DNA of 64,000 nucleotides, from the NCBI GenBank assembly GCA_000388065.2, contig KB932202.1. One strand, given 5' to 3'. The notes under the pieces were generated by a model. It worked only from the letters and a program-made list of their open reading frames with translations, made no database searches and was not told where the DNA came from. Every line of letters begins with the position of its first letter. Position 1 is the first letter of the stretch. The translations under genes and the position numbers were made by a program. The stretch comes from Fonticula alba ATCC 38817 (Eukaryota; Protista; Nucleariida). Positions 1-13,458 of the stretch are shown piece by piece.

Positions 1-3000
1 CGCTTGTAGCTATTGCGACCATGGACCAGCAGCAGGCGCCTCAGGTCGCCGAAGCGCGACACACTGACATCCGCCGCCAGGGAAGCTTGCGAGCCCTCCT
101 TGCCCCGGATACCGACACCCACCTCGGCTGCCAGGATCATGGCCACATCGTTGCCACCGTCGCCGATGGCGCACACAATCGGTGGCCGGTATTGGGCCGA
201 GTCCGAGGCCGAGGGGGCCGGCCCGGGGTGGTGATACCCATCATCGCCGCCGGAAGTACCGGCTCCGGCCGCCGAAAAGAAGTCCCCAGTCATGCCGGCC
301 AGTGGCTGGTCGGCCGAAAGGTGCCCCTGCTGCCGATGTGGCTCCAGGAAGCCATAATCATCGTCCGGGTCATGCCGCCCGGGGGCATTGAACAGAAGAT
401 GGCCCCCATCGTCATCATCATCGCCATAGTGGCCGGACCCCAAGAGCGGGTGATGGTGATGATGGGGATGGTATTGTTGCTGGCGGTGGGCCGAGCCGCC
501 GGCCGGGTTGCCGCCATGTGTGTCCCTCTGGCCGGTGACCGGGCTGTTCGTTGGCTTGCAGCTGCGAAGGAGATGCACGATGGCGGCCTTCTGCTGGGGG
601 GACACACGAGCGCACACCAAAGATGGCAGGCCAAGAACCGCGGTGCGGAACTCGTGCGGGCAAAAGTCGAGACACGTCTGTCGAGCATCCACACGGGCGT
701 CAGTCATCTTGCTCGAGGGGAGCAGCACGAGCAGGCTATGCACACATATGCGGGGGGAGGGGGGGGGGGAGGAAAAAGGGAGGAGCCGGAGCCAAACACA
801 TACTTGCAACGACACGCCGTCGATAACAACACAGCCCTCTTCGCCTGCGCCGCCACGGGAGCTGGACGAGCCGAAGCGTGCAAGCATGGAATCCAGATGC
901 TCGGCGATGTCCAGAGGGTCGGTCACTACCACCACGAGAGATAGAGTCAGACAGGGCCAGTCCCATTCGGCGGGAGAAGAAGAAATAGTGGGAGGGAGGG
1001 GAGGAGGATAGATGCACCATTGCAGATGGCATACACGGCGGCCGTTCGTGGGACAACACGTGCAGCTCGAGCCACATGCACCGCCGTTTCCACCCGATCG
1101 CCAGTCAGAACCCAGATTTTGACTCCGGCATGTCGCAATGCCTCCAGGGTCTCCTTCACATTATCCTGTTGTTGGCCCGGGCAGAGGGGGAAAGAGAGAG
1201 AGAGAGAGGATACAACCGACCAAGGCGAATGGGCATTAGCACAAGGAGCGGCCTCGGCAGCGAGCAAGCATACTCCCGACGAACCTGCAGTTTGTCCTCC
1301 ACCCCGGTGACTCCGAGGGGATCCATGCCCACCTGTTCGAGGGTCGACTCGACGATGGACGTGACAGCGAGATCCCCACCACCGGCAGGGCCCCGAGCCA
1401 CATTCAGCCGGGCTACGACCGAGGAAATTTCATTCGAGGACAGAGGGCGTCGACAGAGCACCAGCGTCCGAAGGGCATCGCGTGCCATATTCGAGCACTC
1501 CTCATCGACCCTGGGACAGGGGCAGGATAGATGGTTGGTCAAGGACAAAAGAGCTGGCAAACAGAGGGAGGCGGGAGAATCCGGGATGGCGGGAAGGCAA
1601 CTCGCACCAGTCGTTCCAGCGGAGAAGTGGCCGCAAGGCCGAATCCGCTCCCTTCAGGATGTACCAGCCACCATTGCGCTGCTGGCCGGCTACCTCGGTC
1701 CAGAAGCGTTCGGCCCCGGCCGGAGTGACGCCCGCTTCGGGGTTGGCCACCGGCGGCCGGAGCCGCACAAGGATACCCATGCGTCGACGTTCGGACGAAA
1801 AGGGATCGATGTGGAGGATGTCGAAGACCAGCCGCGCGACGCCGCGCTCAAGACAAGTCCAGCTCCCCTCTTCCGGGGCAATGGACCGGCTCCCGAGCGC
1901 GGGAGCCAAATGCGCGGGCCACGACCGGCCGGCCAGGCGCAGCTCCAGTGCCATGGCCTTGGGTGTCCGGGCCGCCAGAACCACACCCACCGACGCACAC
2001 CACCGGACAAGGGCCAGCTCGTCCGGCGAGGCAGCCTGATACTCGGGCACATGGTCTCCCCCATTGTCAAGCATTTCCCGTACTCGGGAGTCCAGCTGCT
2101 GCTGCTGCTGGTGCTGCTGCTCCTGCTGAAGGTCCTCCTCCTCGCCGGCCGAGTCCAAATCCGACCGCAAGCCGGTCGAAGAGGAAGCGGGCCGCACAAG
2201 GGAGGACCGGGGGCCTGAGGCCGCATCGAGACCCGAGGCCGTCGTCGGGGCCGTCTCAGTCACCAGGGACACACTGTGGCAAAGGGCGATGCCGAGAACA
2301 GCCGCCAGAAGGCGAGACTCATCCGATAGGGGCCCGGCCGGCGGGGCGGCGCTACTGGCGCCCACTTGACCCATGGTGCCAAGGCGTGACAGAGGCAGGA
2401 GCTCGGACTCCGAGGGGCTCTCAAATGCCGGGGTCGGATTGCCGGTGTCTGCCAGCAAGCCAAAAACATACTTGGCAAGACGCGAGCGAACCTGCGCCAT
2501 GGCATCAAACCCGAGAGCCGGTCGGCATGAGTGCCCCAGGGCCAAGCGTCGCATGAGCATCACTGATTGGGCGGGGGACAGCCGGGACCTGGTCAGCAAA
2601 TGGAGGAGAGGCACACAGGCGACAGCACAGCTGCAGCCAGATGCCGAACGCCGATTTCCCCATGAAGTCCCCACCAATGCACTGGCGCCGTGGTGCGCAC
2701 CATTTTGGGTCAAAGTACCGGTCTTGTCGGTCAGCAAGAACTCGATGCGACCAAGCTCCTCCGGGATGTTGCTATTCCGCACGAGCACCCCTTCCGGAGC
2801 ATCAGCCCCGGCAGGGGCCTGCCCGCCGGCGGAGCCGTTGTTCGCGCCGGATAGCGGCTGAAGGGGGATGGCCGCGCTGCCAGTGCCATTGGTTCCGGAA
2901 AAGGGCGCCGCCAGAAGAGCAAGGCGCCCAGGCAGATCGGCCAGCTGCCGGAGATTCGGCGACCCACTTGGTGATCCACCGAGTGTGGTGAAATCGTCCA

Positions 3001-5041
3001 TGGCCGTGGCGCTGGAGCCGGCACCCAGGTTATTGGAGACCGGCTCACGGAATGCCTCATCAGTGGAGATCTGGTGCGAATATACCGCCTTGGCCATGTC
3101 GAGGTTGAGGCGCAGGCTGGGGTTTTGATGTCAGTCTTGGACCGGCCAAAAGGAATGCTGCCCCCCCTCCCCCCCCCCGCCCCCTGGGACAGCAAATCGA
3201 TGTCCACGCCGGTACCTAATGGGGATGATGTTGGAAAAGAGAATGACAAAGCGGAAGGTCGTGACTCCGAGAGCGGCCAGAGTATCCAGCCCGGCCAGGG
3301 GGCCATGGAGAAGATTTCCGCCGGTGAAAATGCCCACCGCCACCAGGACAATCGACAGGAAGATCGTCAACAGGAAGAGCCCCTAGCATGGAGGTGTCAG
3401 CGGGAAGCCGCATCACAGGCAATTTGAAGGGCAACAGCGGCCGGAAGGTACCTTGGTCAGGCGGTCCAGCTCGCGATCCAGGCGGCTGACCTTGACAGCG
3501 CCACCGGCGCCCCGGGATGTGGGCTCATTGTTCAATGCGGCTCGGGTGTCGGCACCGGTGCCGACCACCAGACCCGTGGCGGACCCGGCTGCGACCACAC
3601 ACGATGCCCACAGGGCATGGTCGACGGTCAAAGGCTCCGGTTCGAAGGATGAATGGTCGCGAATGACAGTGGGCTCACTTTCGGCGGCCACCCCATCCAA
3701 TGGCGGCTTCGGGGTGAGAAGGCCGCAAAAAGAGTAGATGTCCTTGGTTGGAGGGTCGACTGGGCCCAGACAGGGGACCGAGGGAGAGGGAGAGAGAGAG
3801 AGACAGGGAGAGAGGGAGAGAAAGGGAGGTCAACAGGTGGGCCCTGGCGCGGGCATGCGGAAAAGGTCCATTTCCCGGCGCACCATGAACCGAGGCACGA
3901 AGATCCTGGAGGCGATTGGCCTGCCCCAGGCGCTGACTGTAGGACACCGCGGTTCTGGCAAAATATCGGACAACGTCAGCAACAGAGCACGGGCCGGGGC
4001 TTGCTCATGCCCGGAGGGCAGAGGGAGAGCGGATGTCCCCTGGCGTACCGGATCTTCCAGTCGGTCTCACCATCGAGCTGGTCGGTGCGCACATAGCACA
4101 CACCATCAGCGTCAGTGGTGTGGAGCAGGACCAAATCCGCCGGGATCTGAGCCCCAAGCAGGGAAATACCATGAGGGGGGAATGTCAGCAAGCGATCGGC
4201 ACACGGGTGAGGACGGTTGCATGGCCCGGTGCTCGCATGGACGTACCCGCTGATTGGCCGAAACAATGATGATGTCACCCACGGCGAGGTCACAGCTCCT
4301 CACCGGCACATGGACTCCATGCCGTGCGAGATCCACCTTCGTGTATAGTTGCGAATTGACATCCTGGTGGCCCGGAGCAGCCGCCACAGTTGTCAAGGTG
4401 ACAAGGAGAGGAGGATCCATGTGTGAGAGGAGGCCGAGCAAAAAGAAAAGAAAAAAAAGAAAAGTGCGAGTCGAAGGTAAACGCACCCGATCGCGTCGCC
4501 AGCGGCCCACCTCATCGAGCGCCTCTCGGAGCAGCGAGGCGCCGATTACAAATACCAATGGAGCCACATATGTGAAGAGATAGCCTGTATGCGTGCGGAG
4601 TGGCAGGAAAGGGGCCGGGGATGGGGAGGGCCAAGTTGGGTGTAAGAAGGACGGAGGAGAGGAGGCAAGCAAAAGGGAGGCGGCAAGATCGTCAGACGCA
4701 CCGACTTTCAGCGCAGGGATGAATTGCGAAAGGGCAATGCAGAGAAAGTAGAAGTTGAAGAAGAGCCGAAACTGCGCGGCAAGCACGAGCGGCACGAACG
4801 ACAGGATGTTATATCGGCGATTCTTGACCACATTCGGGGAATAGATCTCCTGGGGACCGATGACTGGCATGGTAAAGGGGTGGGGTGTGAGTCGGGCCAT
4901 CGGAAAGTGGTGGAGCTGGCTTCCCCTTCCCAAGATCACTCCGGAGAGAGACACACCTGGGAGGGAAAATTGCCGCGGAAGGGTCGCGGAAATGGGCCGA
5001 CTGGGGCCCAGACGGGCGCGAAGCGCCTGAATGAGGTTCAT
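1..5041 (-). CDS. NEO1: P4-ATPase phospholipid flippase, NEO1/ATP9 subfamily; multi-exon, 3' end truncated by the window edge
   Basis: Spliced translation gives [55 protein letters not shown], the phosphorylation motif DKTGTLTQN (Asp codon 2726-2728), [51 protein letters not shown] and [35 protein letters not shown] at the window edge. Introns joined as GT-AG with consistent phases. ATG at 5041 is inferred; a 5'-UTR intron is likely at ~5078-5205. Confidence 0.95.
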
Positions 5042-5811
5042 CTGACACGTCCAGTCTCCTTGGTGCGAGGGTAGCGCTGTGATCGGGGGGGGGGGGGGGG
5101 ACTTCACCCTCTCTCTGTATGTGTATATATATATGTGTGTGTGTGTGTGTGTCTCGCGTGTGCGAGTTCCCTCTCTCTTTTACTCCTGCTCGGTCTCTAG
5201 CTCACAGGGACGGCCAATCGGGTGTCTGCGCCAGATGGCAAGGGACGAGCAGGCGAAGAGGAGGAGATATATAGGTATGTATGTCTAAAGAGAGGCAGCA
5301 AGAAGGAGCAAAAGGGAAGAGGGAGAAAGATGATGGGGAGAGGTGGCCGGGAGAGATCACCATCTCGCCGTCCTTCCCAGCAGGCACAAAGATCTCGCAG
5401 CTGCGGCCGTCTGGGGCGCTGACCGATGCCGTGGTCCACTTTCCAGCCACTAGATCGATCCGGGAAAAAGAAAGAGGGGGCCCGACCCGGAGTGATTCCC
5501 TCATGATTGTTTCCAGGATGCCCCCCCCCCCCGTTGGGGGAGACACACACAGCCCCATATGCGTCCATCCCTGCAAAGAAGGACCGTCGGGTTCTCTCCC
5601 CAGCGTCCAGTTTGCTACGCCATCTACGGCTTCGAGAGCCGGGGAATGCCAGCCCGCCCCCCCCCCCCCCCCAACCGGGCATGTCCACCCCTCTGTCCGC
5701 CGGAGAACCTCGGGCTACGCCACCCAGGATCCGGGACGGATGGGCCTACCCTCAACTGCCAATTCTCCGACTCTTGTGACGGCTCATCAGACGGGATGGT
5801 TCGGCGGCGGT

Positions 5812-5844
<33 letters not shown>

Positions 5845-6111
5845 AGAGGCCCAGCGAACGGATTCTGCCCGGGGCCCGGCCTCTCACGCATGCCCTTTCC
5901 TCCGACCCAGGGCCAGTCTAGGGCCCACCCGCGCCGGCAAAAGGCTTCCTTCGTCCGGAGGACACAACTTTCTGAGGGGCTCTTTTTCGGGCCGTCCGCC
6001 CCCTGCCACAGGGTGCCCGCGAGTATCCCCCCCTTCGCCTACTTTCCCCTCCTCCCCCCATCCTCGGCCGCTTTGCTGTCTTCTCCCCCCCCCCCTTCTC
6101 CCCTCCCCCGC

Positions 6112-9100
6112 ATGAGCCTCAGCTTTAGCCAGCAGGCCGGGAGGCTTGCTGCCGGGGCCGGATCCGGGCCGGCTCCCTCCTCTGCTACTGGCGCTGCCCC
6201 GGCTGCCTCGGCCGACTCGGACTCGGCCAACTCGAATGGCGTTCCTTCGCCCATCCTGCCGGCTCTCTGCTCGCCGCTGCCTCCTTCTCTACGATCGATC
6301 ACCGCCGATGACCACCAGTATGCTCCAGCCCTACCGGTGGTTGGGTTCCATTTTGACTCCATTCTCCGGTCCCCGAGTGGTGGCTCTCCGGCATCTAGCG
6401 CCAGCCAGGTGCGCTTCTGTCCATGCCCCTGCCTCCGGGCGTCCATGCTCCTGACAGCTCCCTCGCCCCCCTCGGCTTCATTGTCCCCATCTCTCCATCG
6501 GTCTCTGGGTCTCCCTCCTCCGGGGGAGGGGGGCCCTCTGGTATCTTCCTCCTGCTGGTGCCTCACCCTCACATCCAGCCCTGGGCCACACACATGCGTA
6601 ACGAGATCCTCGCCTATGCCCAGTCTAGCTTGGGGAACATGCATGCCATCGAGCTGGATTCGGCCTTCCCCGAGCCGGAGCTGATTGCTGCCTGCGGCTC
6701 GGCCTCATCGACCAACCATCCGCTTCCTGGCAGCCTCGGTCTCATCAATGTCCGGCAAGTGGCCCATAACTTTCGTCAAGTGCGCACTCCATCGTTGTCG
6801 CTCATCCTGACCGCCCCGGGCTTGCTTCCTCTCTTGTGGCAGCACTCTCACCCTCCCCACTGGCTCGGCCACCAATGTCTCTCTCCCCCCCCCCCCCCCC
6901 CTCGGCGTCAAGCTCCCTGGCACTGTTGTGCTCGTGCGACTGATCAACAACCCGCTGAATGGGGTCTTGGACTTGGCCAAGTTGGATAACGTCAAACTCG
7001 GCGACTTGGGCGAGGATTCTCCCGAGTTCGACCCCCTGTCTTCCTCCCCTCCGCCCAGTCCGAGCCCCTTCCTGCCCACCGCGGCCGCCACCGCGCCAGG
7101 CGTCCTGCAACCACTTAGCCCCGATCTCAAGAGCCTCGAGAAGCAGGAGGAGGAGCACCTTGTGTCGGAGGTTGTGGCTTCTCGGTGCGCTATGGCCTCC
7201 ATGCTACTCTGCCCACTCGCCCCCCTCCCGTCCCGTTCCGTCCTGCGGGCATGCTCGCACACCCCCCTCCTCTGTCGCACTGACCGGCATTTGTCTCCCC
7301 CTCATCCTCACATCAGGGTTTCCTGGTTGGACCTCTCCACGCGTGTGGTTGTCCTGCTCATCTCCCTCCCGCTCCTTTCGCCGCGAATGAGTGCGTATCC
7401 TGTGCCCTCTCATTCGCCTCGGCTGTTGTCATTCCCACTGAACTCCCTAACATCACGGCCATTTCCCGGCCCCTCCCCCCCCCCCCTTACTCCCCCGGTG
7501 GTCAGTCTCGCCCGATGTTTTGGAGCATGCCCAAAAGCGCCACACCCGCCTGGCCTCGGTCCTCAATGCATCAGCCAGCATTGCGGTCAGCAGCTCGGGT
7601 ACCTCATCGGGCGCGGTCCCCGGCAATGTAGCCCCCTTTGCCCGGCCAGCCCACCACTCGGGCAACTCCCTCATTGTCTTCTCCAAAATTGGTCTCAAGG
7701 ACTCCCTGGCCTTCTTCAAGAAGTGCGCGCCCCTGTTGGTTGCCAAATTCTTTGCCCCTCGACCGGCACTGACCTCGCTCAATTGGGTCTCAGTTTTGAA
7801 GAAGACCTCCTGTCGCCCACGCAGCTGGTGTATCGGACCCGCGCGGCCATCATCAGCCAGCTGGAGCTGGATGCCCTGCCGAAGGGGTCCCGCGTGCGGC
7901 ATGTTCTTGGCCGACGGATTTCGGCCTGTGTTCGGGCCGGCTTGGCTCTCGAGCAAAGTGGCCCCATGCGGGACACCCTGACACATTATGGCGATGCGGT
8001 GGTGGCCCTACGGGAATTGGCCGGGTTTGGGGTTTTCTCCGCGGCCGGATCGCCGCCGATGTCCCCATCGGTGGGCCCACTTTCCGCGCCGGCCAGCACC
8101 CGGGCCTCGGTCAACACATCGACCACCTCTCTGCCCGCTGTCGGGCCGTCGGGGATTGGCGGCTCGCATACGCGCTTATCCCTCAGCAGTTTGCAGGCCT
8201 CAGCCGATGACCTTTCCGGCCTGGAGCCACCTCTCGGCCCGGGCAGCGGCACGGCCCTGGTCGAGTCCCCGGGTGGGGATGGCTCATCCAGTTCGCTGGA
8301 TGTTCCGGAGCTCACGGGCGAGGGGGTCGGGACAATGGCCGGCGAGGGCATCTCCACGGCCATCGAGAGCCCGGTGCCCTCGCCCCGGCTTGAGACCCAC
8401 TCCGAGCCCCAAGAGCATGCTGCTGGCTCGCCGAACATTGGGACCTCGGGCGAGTCATCCTCCGGCCAGATGACTCTGGAATTCCTGCTCGAAGTTCGCG
8501 GGGTGGCCGAGTGGCTCTTCGCCCGGGGGTGCTTCACCCACACGCGCCTCCTTCAGGCGGAGCTCTCGGTCCTGGGTCTGGCACAGCCAGAGGTCATCCT
8601 CAGCCGGCTGCGCGCCGGGACCTACGGCCAGCTTGAGAAGGAATGGCTGACTGGCCATCTGAGTTTCGCCCAGTGGCTGTGTGATCGCTTTGACGAGTCC
8701 AACCCCGGCGTCGGCCCGTTGGACCAATCGATCAGCTCCAGTGCCTTGCACATTGACCATTTGACCTGGATCGCCCGGCAGTATGTTCTCCCCATGTGTC
8801 TCCCCCCACTCCTTCCCCCCCCCCTGCCNNNNNNNNNNNNNNNNNNNNNNNNNNNNNNNNNNNNNNNNNNNNNNNNNNNNNNNNNNNNNNNNNNNNNNNN
8901 NNNNNNNNNNNNNNNNNNNNNNNNNCTCTCCCTCTCTCTCCCTCTCTTTCTCGATGGGGGGCTGGGGCTTTGCACCACCTACCTCGTGACTAACACCGAC
9001 TCGTGGCCGCATCTTCAGGAACATCATTGTGGCGCTGGCATATCGGTCCTGCGTACCGCAGTACCGCCCCACCGCTACCAGCGGTGCAGCCGGCCCTGCG

Positions 9101-12100
9101 GCCGGGACCTCGACACCCAGTTCGCCGGTCACTCCCAGTGCTGTCCCTCTGACCCGGCAGTCCATCACACACCATCAGAACATCATCCGCGCCCGGCGAG
9201 CTGCCCTGCTGAGCCGCGCGAGCACACTCTTTGCCGCCGGTGCTGGCCAGCTACGCGTCCGCGCCGAGAAGTCGGTGCTCGTTCAGCAGCTCCTGATCAA
9301 CAGCATCGGTGCCAGTTCGGGCGGCATGCCGGCGGACACCGTCGCCGCGGCCAATGGCCCCACCGCTGGCAGTGGCCTCCTGCACCTTGTCGCTCGCACC
9401 AACTTTTTGGGCGTCTATGCCTGGGCCGGACGGAACCCGGTGCACCGGGCCATGCACTGGCTTCAGTCCGGGTCCGGGGCCTGCTGCATTGTCAACCCGG
9501 CAAATGACCAAGCCACCGGGTCGGGGGCCGTGCGCTTCGTCGTACCCGATGCCCCGGGGACGAGCCTGCTGGCCACGACCGTGCTCCCGACCACGGCCAC
9601 GTCCGGCATTCACAGTCAGGCCGAGGACCCTGGCGCCGGGGCCGGATCCGACTCCGGGTCTGTCAACTCGAGCCACACCTCCGACGCCGCTGTGGCGGAC
9701 AGCTCACCGAGCGTCACGTCAGCCCCTCTGGCTGTCACCTCGGACACCTGGCATTCCAACATCCTGGATGATGACGGTGGGGAGCATGAGCCCTGGCTCG
9801 CCGCGGTGTGGTGCCTCGAGCAGGCTGCCACCATCCAGCACCACCTGCAACTTGGAACCCTGCTGCTCTATACCCTGGCCCAAAAGGCCGTCTTCTTGCA
9901 GCTGGCCGGCCATACGGCCTTGGCTCTGGCGGTGGCTTGTCGCGTCCTCTCTGCCCAGGTGGACCGTCAGATGCCACTTGCTCGGAATGTCCCGCCCCTT
10001 TTGCGGCTGGCTGGCCCAGGTGTGGCATACCATCGCTATGAGCAGGCTCTTGCCGGGGTACTTGCCCCGCGTCCAAGCCCCTCTCGCAGCCCGTATGTCG
10101 GGCCTCAGGGGACCGAGTGCCATGCTCTTCTCCCCACCCGGACGGTCCTTGGTCTGGCCCATTTGGCCTTGCAGGCTGGCCGGCGTTTGGTTGTGACCAG
10201 CGGCGAGCATGTTGAAGTCGCTCAGGCCACCCTGGGGCTTGGACTTGCGATGTTGGCCACTGCCCCGGGCTCGGTGGCGCCGGCCGACCGGGCGCAAGCC
10301 CTGGAGCTGGTCCGCCTTCTCGGGCCGCTGCTGGATGCGGCCGTCCCGGCCGATGGTCCCCCGGCCGAAGCCCTCCCCCTGTGCTGTCCCTTCGGCCGTG
10401 CGTTCACCTTCCTCTCATCGCATTGCGACCCTCCCGCCCTTCCCTCTTGCTGGCATTGTTGCTGCTTTCTGACACCTGGCTGCCTTGGATTGGATGTGTG
10501 GGCCTTCTCGCCGGCCCAATGCCCCTTCTTCCTGGTATTAGTGGTTGCCGAGCTTTCGAACATTGACGGTACATCCGGGCGGCAGCAGGCGCCGCAGCTC
10601 GCCCTCGACCTGACCGCCAGCTTGCCCATGGGCCTGCGGTTTGCGGGAGTTCGCTTGCACTTCACACCAATTTCCAGCCGGGTGAAGATGTTCGGCGGCA
10701 TCATCCCCCCGCCTGTTGCCTGGCAGACGGTTGATTGCAATCTGGTCTCCGGCGAAGCGGACGCCCTTCTTCCCGCCGTTGATCCTGTCGCCGGTCCGAC
10801 TCCCCACCGGTTCACTCTCGACGTGCCTAGCTCGTCTTTCCGATCCCACTTCCAAGTATGTGCCCTCTGCACGGGGGGGGGGTCCTTCTTCCTGCCTGCC
10901 TGCCCTTTCTGCTCCATGCCCTTTTCCACGTCTCTCGTGTCTCCTCCCTCCCTCTCGGGAGATTTCTCTCCGTTTCCCTTGTCCTCACGCCTCTCCCCTG
11001 CAGATCGATCGCATCTCCCTGCTTGGCGTGCAGCTCCTCGACTCTGAGTATTGCACCCTGCGGCGCCCTGTGCTCCTCGAGCTCCCGCTTGTGTCCTCCA
11101 TTTTGTATGCCGACCCCAGTGCCGGGCTCTTGCCTTTCCTCGCCCCTTCCCCCTCTCGCTCCCCCCCCCCTCTCTCTCTCTCTTGTTCACCTTCTGACTC
11201 GCTCTCTCGCCACCAGCCCAAGCAGCTCCCTTCCTCCGCAGGGGGACATTGTCCCCCGCGGTGTGAACATTCAGCCGGTCCTTCTGCCCGCCGAGACTGC
11301 CGAGCCCGGCTCCGTGTGTCTCGGTGATGACTTGGCCCCGGAGGGATTTCTCCTGCTGGATGTTTGGTACTCCCTTAGCCCCTTCTTCTCCTCCCCGGGG
11401 ATTACGGCCGCCACGGATCTCCAACTCCGGGTCGCCCCCTCTTACCGTACGCTTCTCTGGCATCCAATTCTTCGCTCGGTGGCGTCCGTCTCCCTGCTCC
11501 TCGCCTAATCATCAGTTTGCGCCTGGGCGGACCCCTCTCTCTTTTCATCGCAGTGGACATCGAAGTGAGTCAGACGCCACCGACCCCGGCGCAGCTGGCA
11601 CGAGGCTCGGTCCTGCCCTTCCCCTTGGATGCATCTGCTGGCAAAGACACAAATCCCCCCCTGCAGACTTCTTCCACTCAACGGACCGAGGAAATCATCC
11701 GCCGGGGTCGCGCGGTTTACCTGCGCTTTATGGCACCCAACCGACCGGCGAGCGCTTCCGCGACCTCGATGGCCGGGTTGCTTCGGCTGCTGGCCTCGCG
11801 CAAGTTGACCGTCTCCCTGAGCATTGTTGGGCCCCAGCGGCAGACCCTTCTCACACGGTCAATGGTCGTGCAGGCCCCCTTCCTGGCTCGGGCGTCCTCT
11901 GCCTTTAGTCTGGATCTGACCCTGCCCCAGTATCTGCGCACTCCGAGCCTTTGGCTCCATGCAGTGGAAACCGGCACCGGCGATGAGGTATGCCCTGACC
12001 CCCTTCCCCCGAGGACCATCCCCCTCCTGCTTGCCTGCTCACCCTCTCCGCCGCTTTTCCCCTCCCCCTCTGCAAAGACCACCTCCCTCTGGAAGCCCTG

Positions 12101-12431
12101 TGCCGATCAGCCTCAGGGGCCCCTCCTGCCCGGATCTCGCGTCACCCTCCTCACTCCAAGCGCGGCCCTTGTGCATGTGAGCTATTCCCTGTGCGTCGGG
12201 CCTCCAATTGCATGCCCCATTTGGGTTGGTTGCCTCTGACACATCTTTGTCCACGTGCGAGAACTCCCCAGCCCCGGTGATGCCCCGGCACCCAGTCCTC
12301 GGCGACAAATCCACTTCTCCCTCAAGCATCCGGCCCCACCTCCGCCGTCCATCTCGACTCCCACCTACACGCTCATAGCCGGTGCGATTCCCTCTCGTCC
12401 TTTCTCTCCCTCCTCCCCCCCCCCCCCCCCC

Positions 12432-12465
<34 letters not shown>

Positions 12466-13037
12466 CCTCTTTCTCCCTTTCTCTCGCTCTGTCCTTGCGA
12501 TTCTGGCCATGCCAGGCCCTTCCTCAACGCAAATGTCAGTCTAATCCCCCTGGGTCCTAGATGTCCCGGCATGTGTCCCCTTGCTCAAGCCGACACCCAT
12601 CCGGGTGATGGTTGTCCCGCCCCTTGGTCCTGAGGTCCAGAACTGCCGCATTCAGCTGGCACCTACCCAGACCCAGCAGCCTGGGACCCCGACATCCGGC
12701 GGAGCCAGCGCCAACCGGGCCGAGGGCATTCCCTACCAGGTGGTGGGCCCCCAGTCGGCCCCGGCCGACGGGACTGCCGAGCACATTTGGAACCTTTTGC
12801 CATATCGTGTATGTGCCCTCTGGCCCTCTTTCCCCCCCCCCCCCCCCCCCTCCCCCCTGCTTTGCCTTCCTTTTTCGCTCCCGCCTCGGGCGAGTTGCCC
12901 TTTTCTGACCCTCCCGATGACATCCGCCCCCATGCCAGACCGGTGTCCTTCACCTGCCGGTGTTCGAACTACACATGGGCGGGTCTACCACCCCGATGGC
13001 TGTCAGCCTTTCTGGAACCACCACTGTGATGGAATAA
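6112..13037 (+). CDS. TRAPPC10: Probable TRAPP-II subunit TRAPPC10/Trs130-like protein (divergent, multi-exon)
   Basis: Large multi-exon ORF. Segments resembling TRAPPC10/Trs130: LKDSLAFFKNFEEDL, GLALEQSGPMRDTLTHYGD (cf. GLA/ELAFxFE...EDALxxYDE) and C-terminal VVGPQSAP..HIWNLLPYRTGVLHLPVFEL (cf. MPLxxGYLPLP). Stop TAA at 13035-13037. The N gap 8829-8925 lies in an intron. Similarity is weak and recalled only. Confidence 0.55.
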
Positions 13038-13243
13038 ACCTGTGCTTCTCCCGCGGGAAAGGCCCCCTTCCCACTTCCAACAACCCCCCATGGCCGTGCC
13101 CTTCTCGGTGCCGCATGGGGTGTGTCTGGCTGATGTCTATGATTTTTAGGGGCAAAGGCCCTACCCTCACATTTCACTTTAGCCGTGGCGAAAGAAGGGG
13201 GGGAAGGCCGGGAGGAAGATGAAAAGCACAAGCTCCCCTCCAT

Positions 13244-13421
13244 CTACCCTAGTCCCGAGAAAGTCTTGAATGCCAGCTCGTACACGTAGAATGTGATGGC
13301 CGAGGCGGGGACGGCCTTCACCAACGTTGGGGTCAGGCCTCGGAAGAGGCCGCGCATTCCCTACACGAAGGGAAAGGAAGACAGGCGTGAGGAGGGAGAC
13401 GGGCACCAGGGAAGAGGAAGA

Positions 13422-13458
<37 letters not shown>

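Noticed and set aside
7391-7505. GTATCCTG and TCCCTAAC resembling a U12-type intron
   Set aside because: The reading frame requires the overlapping major-type donor GTGCGT at 7391 (phase 1); the U12 consensus GTATCCTT is not met.
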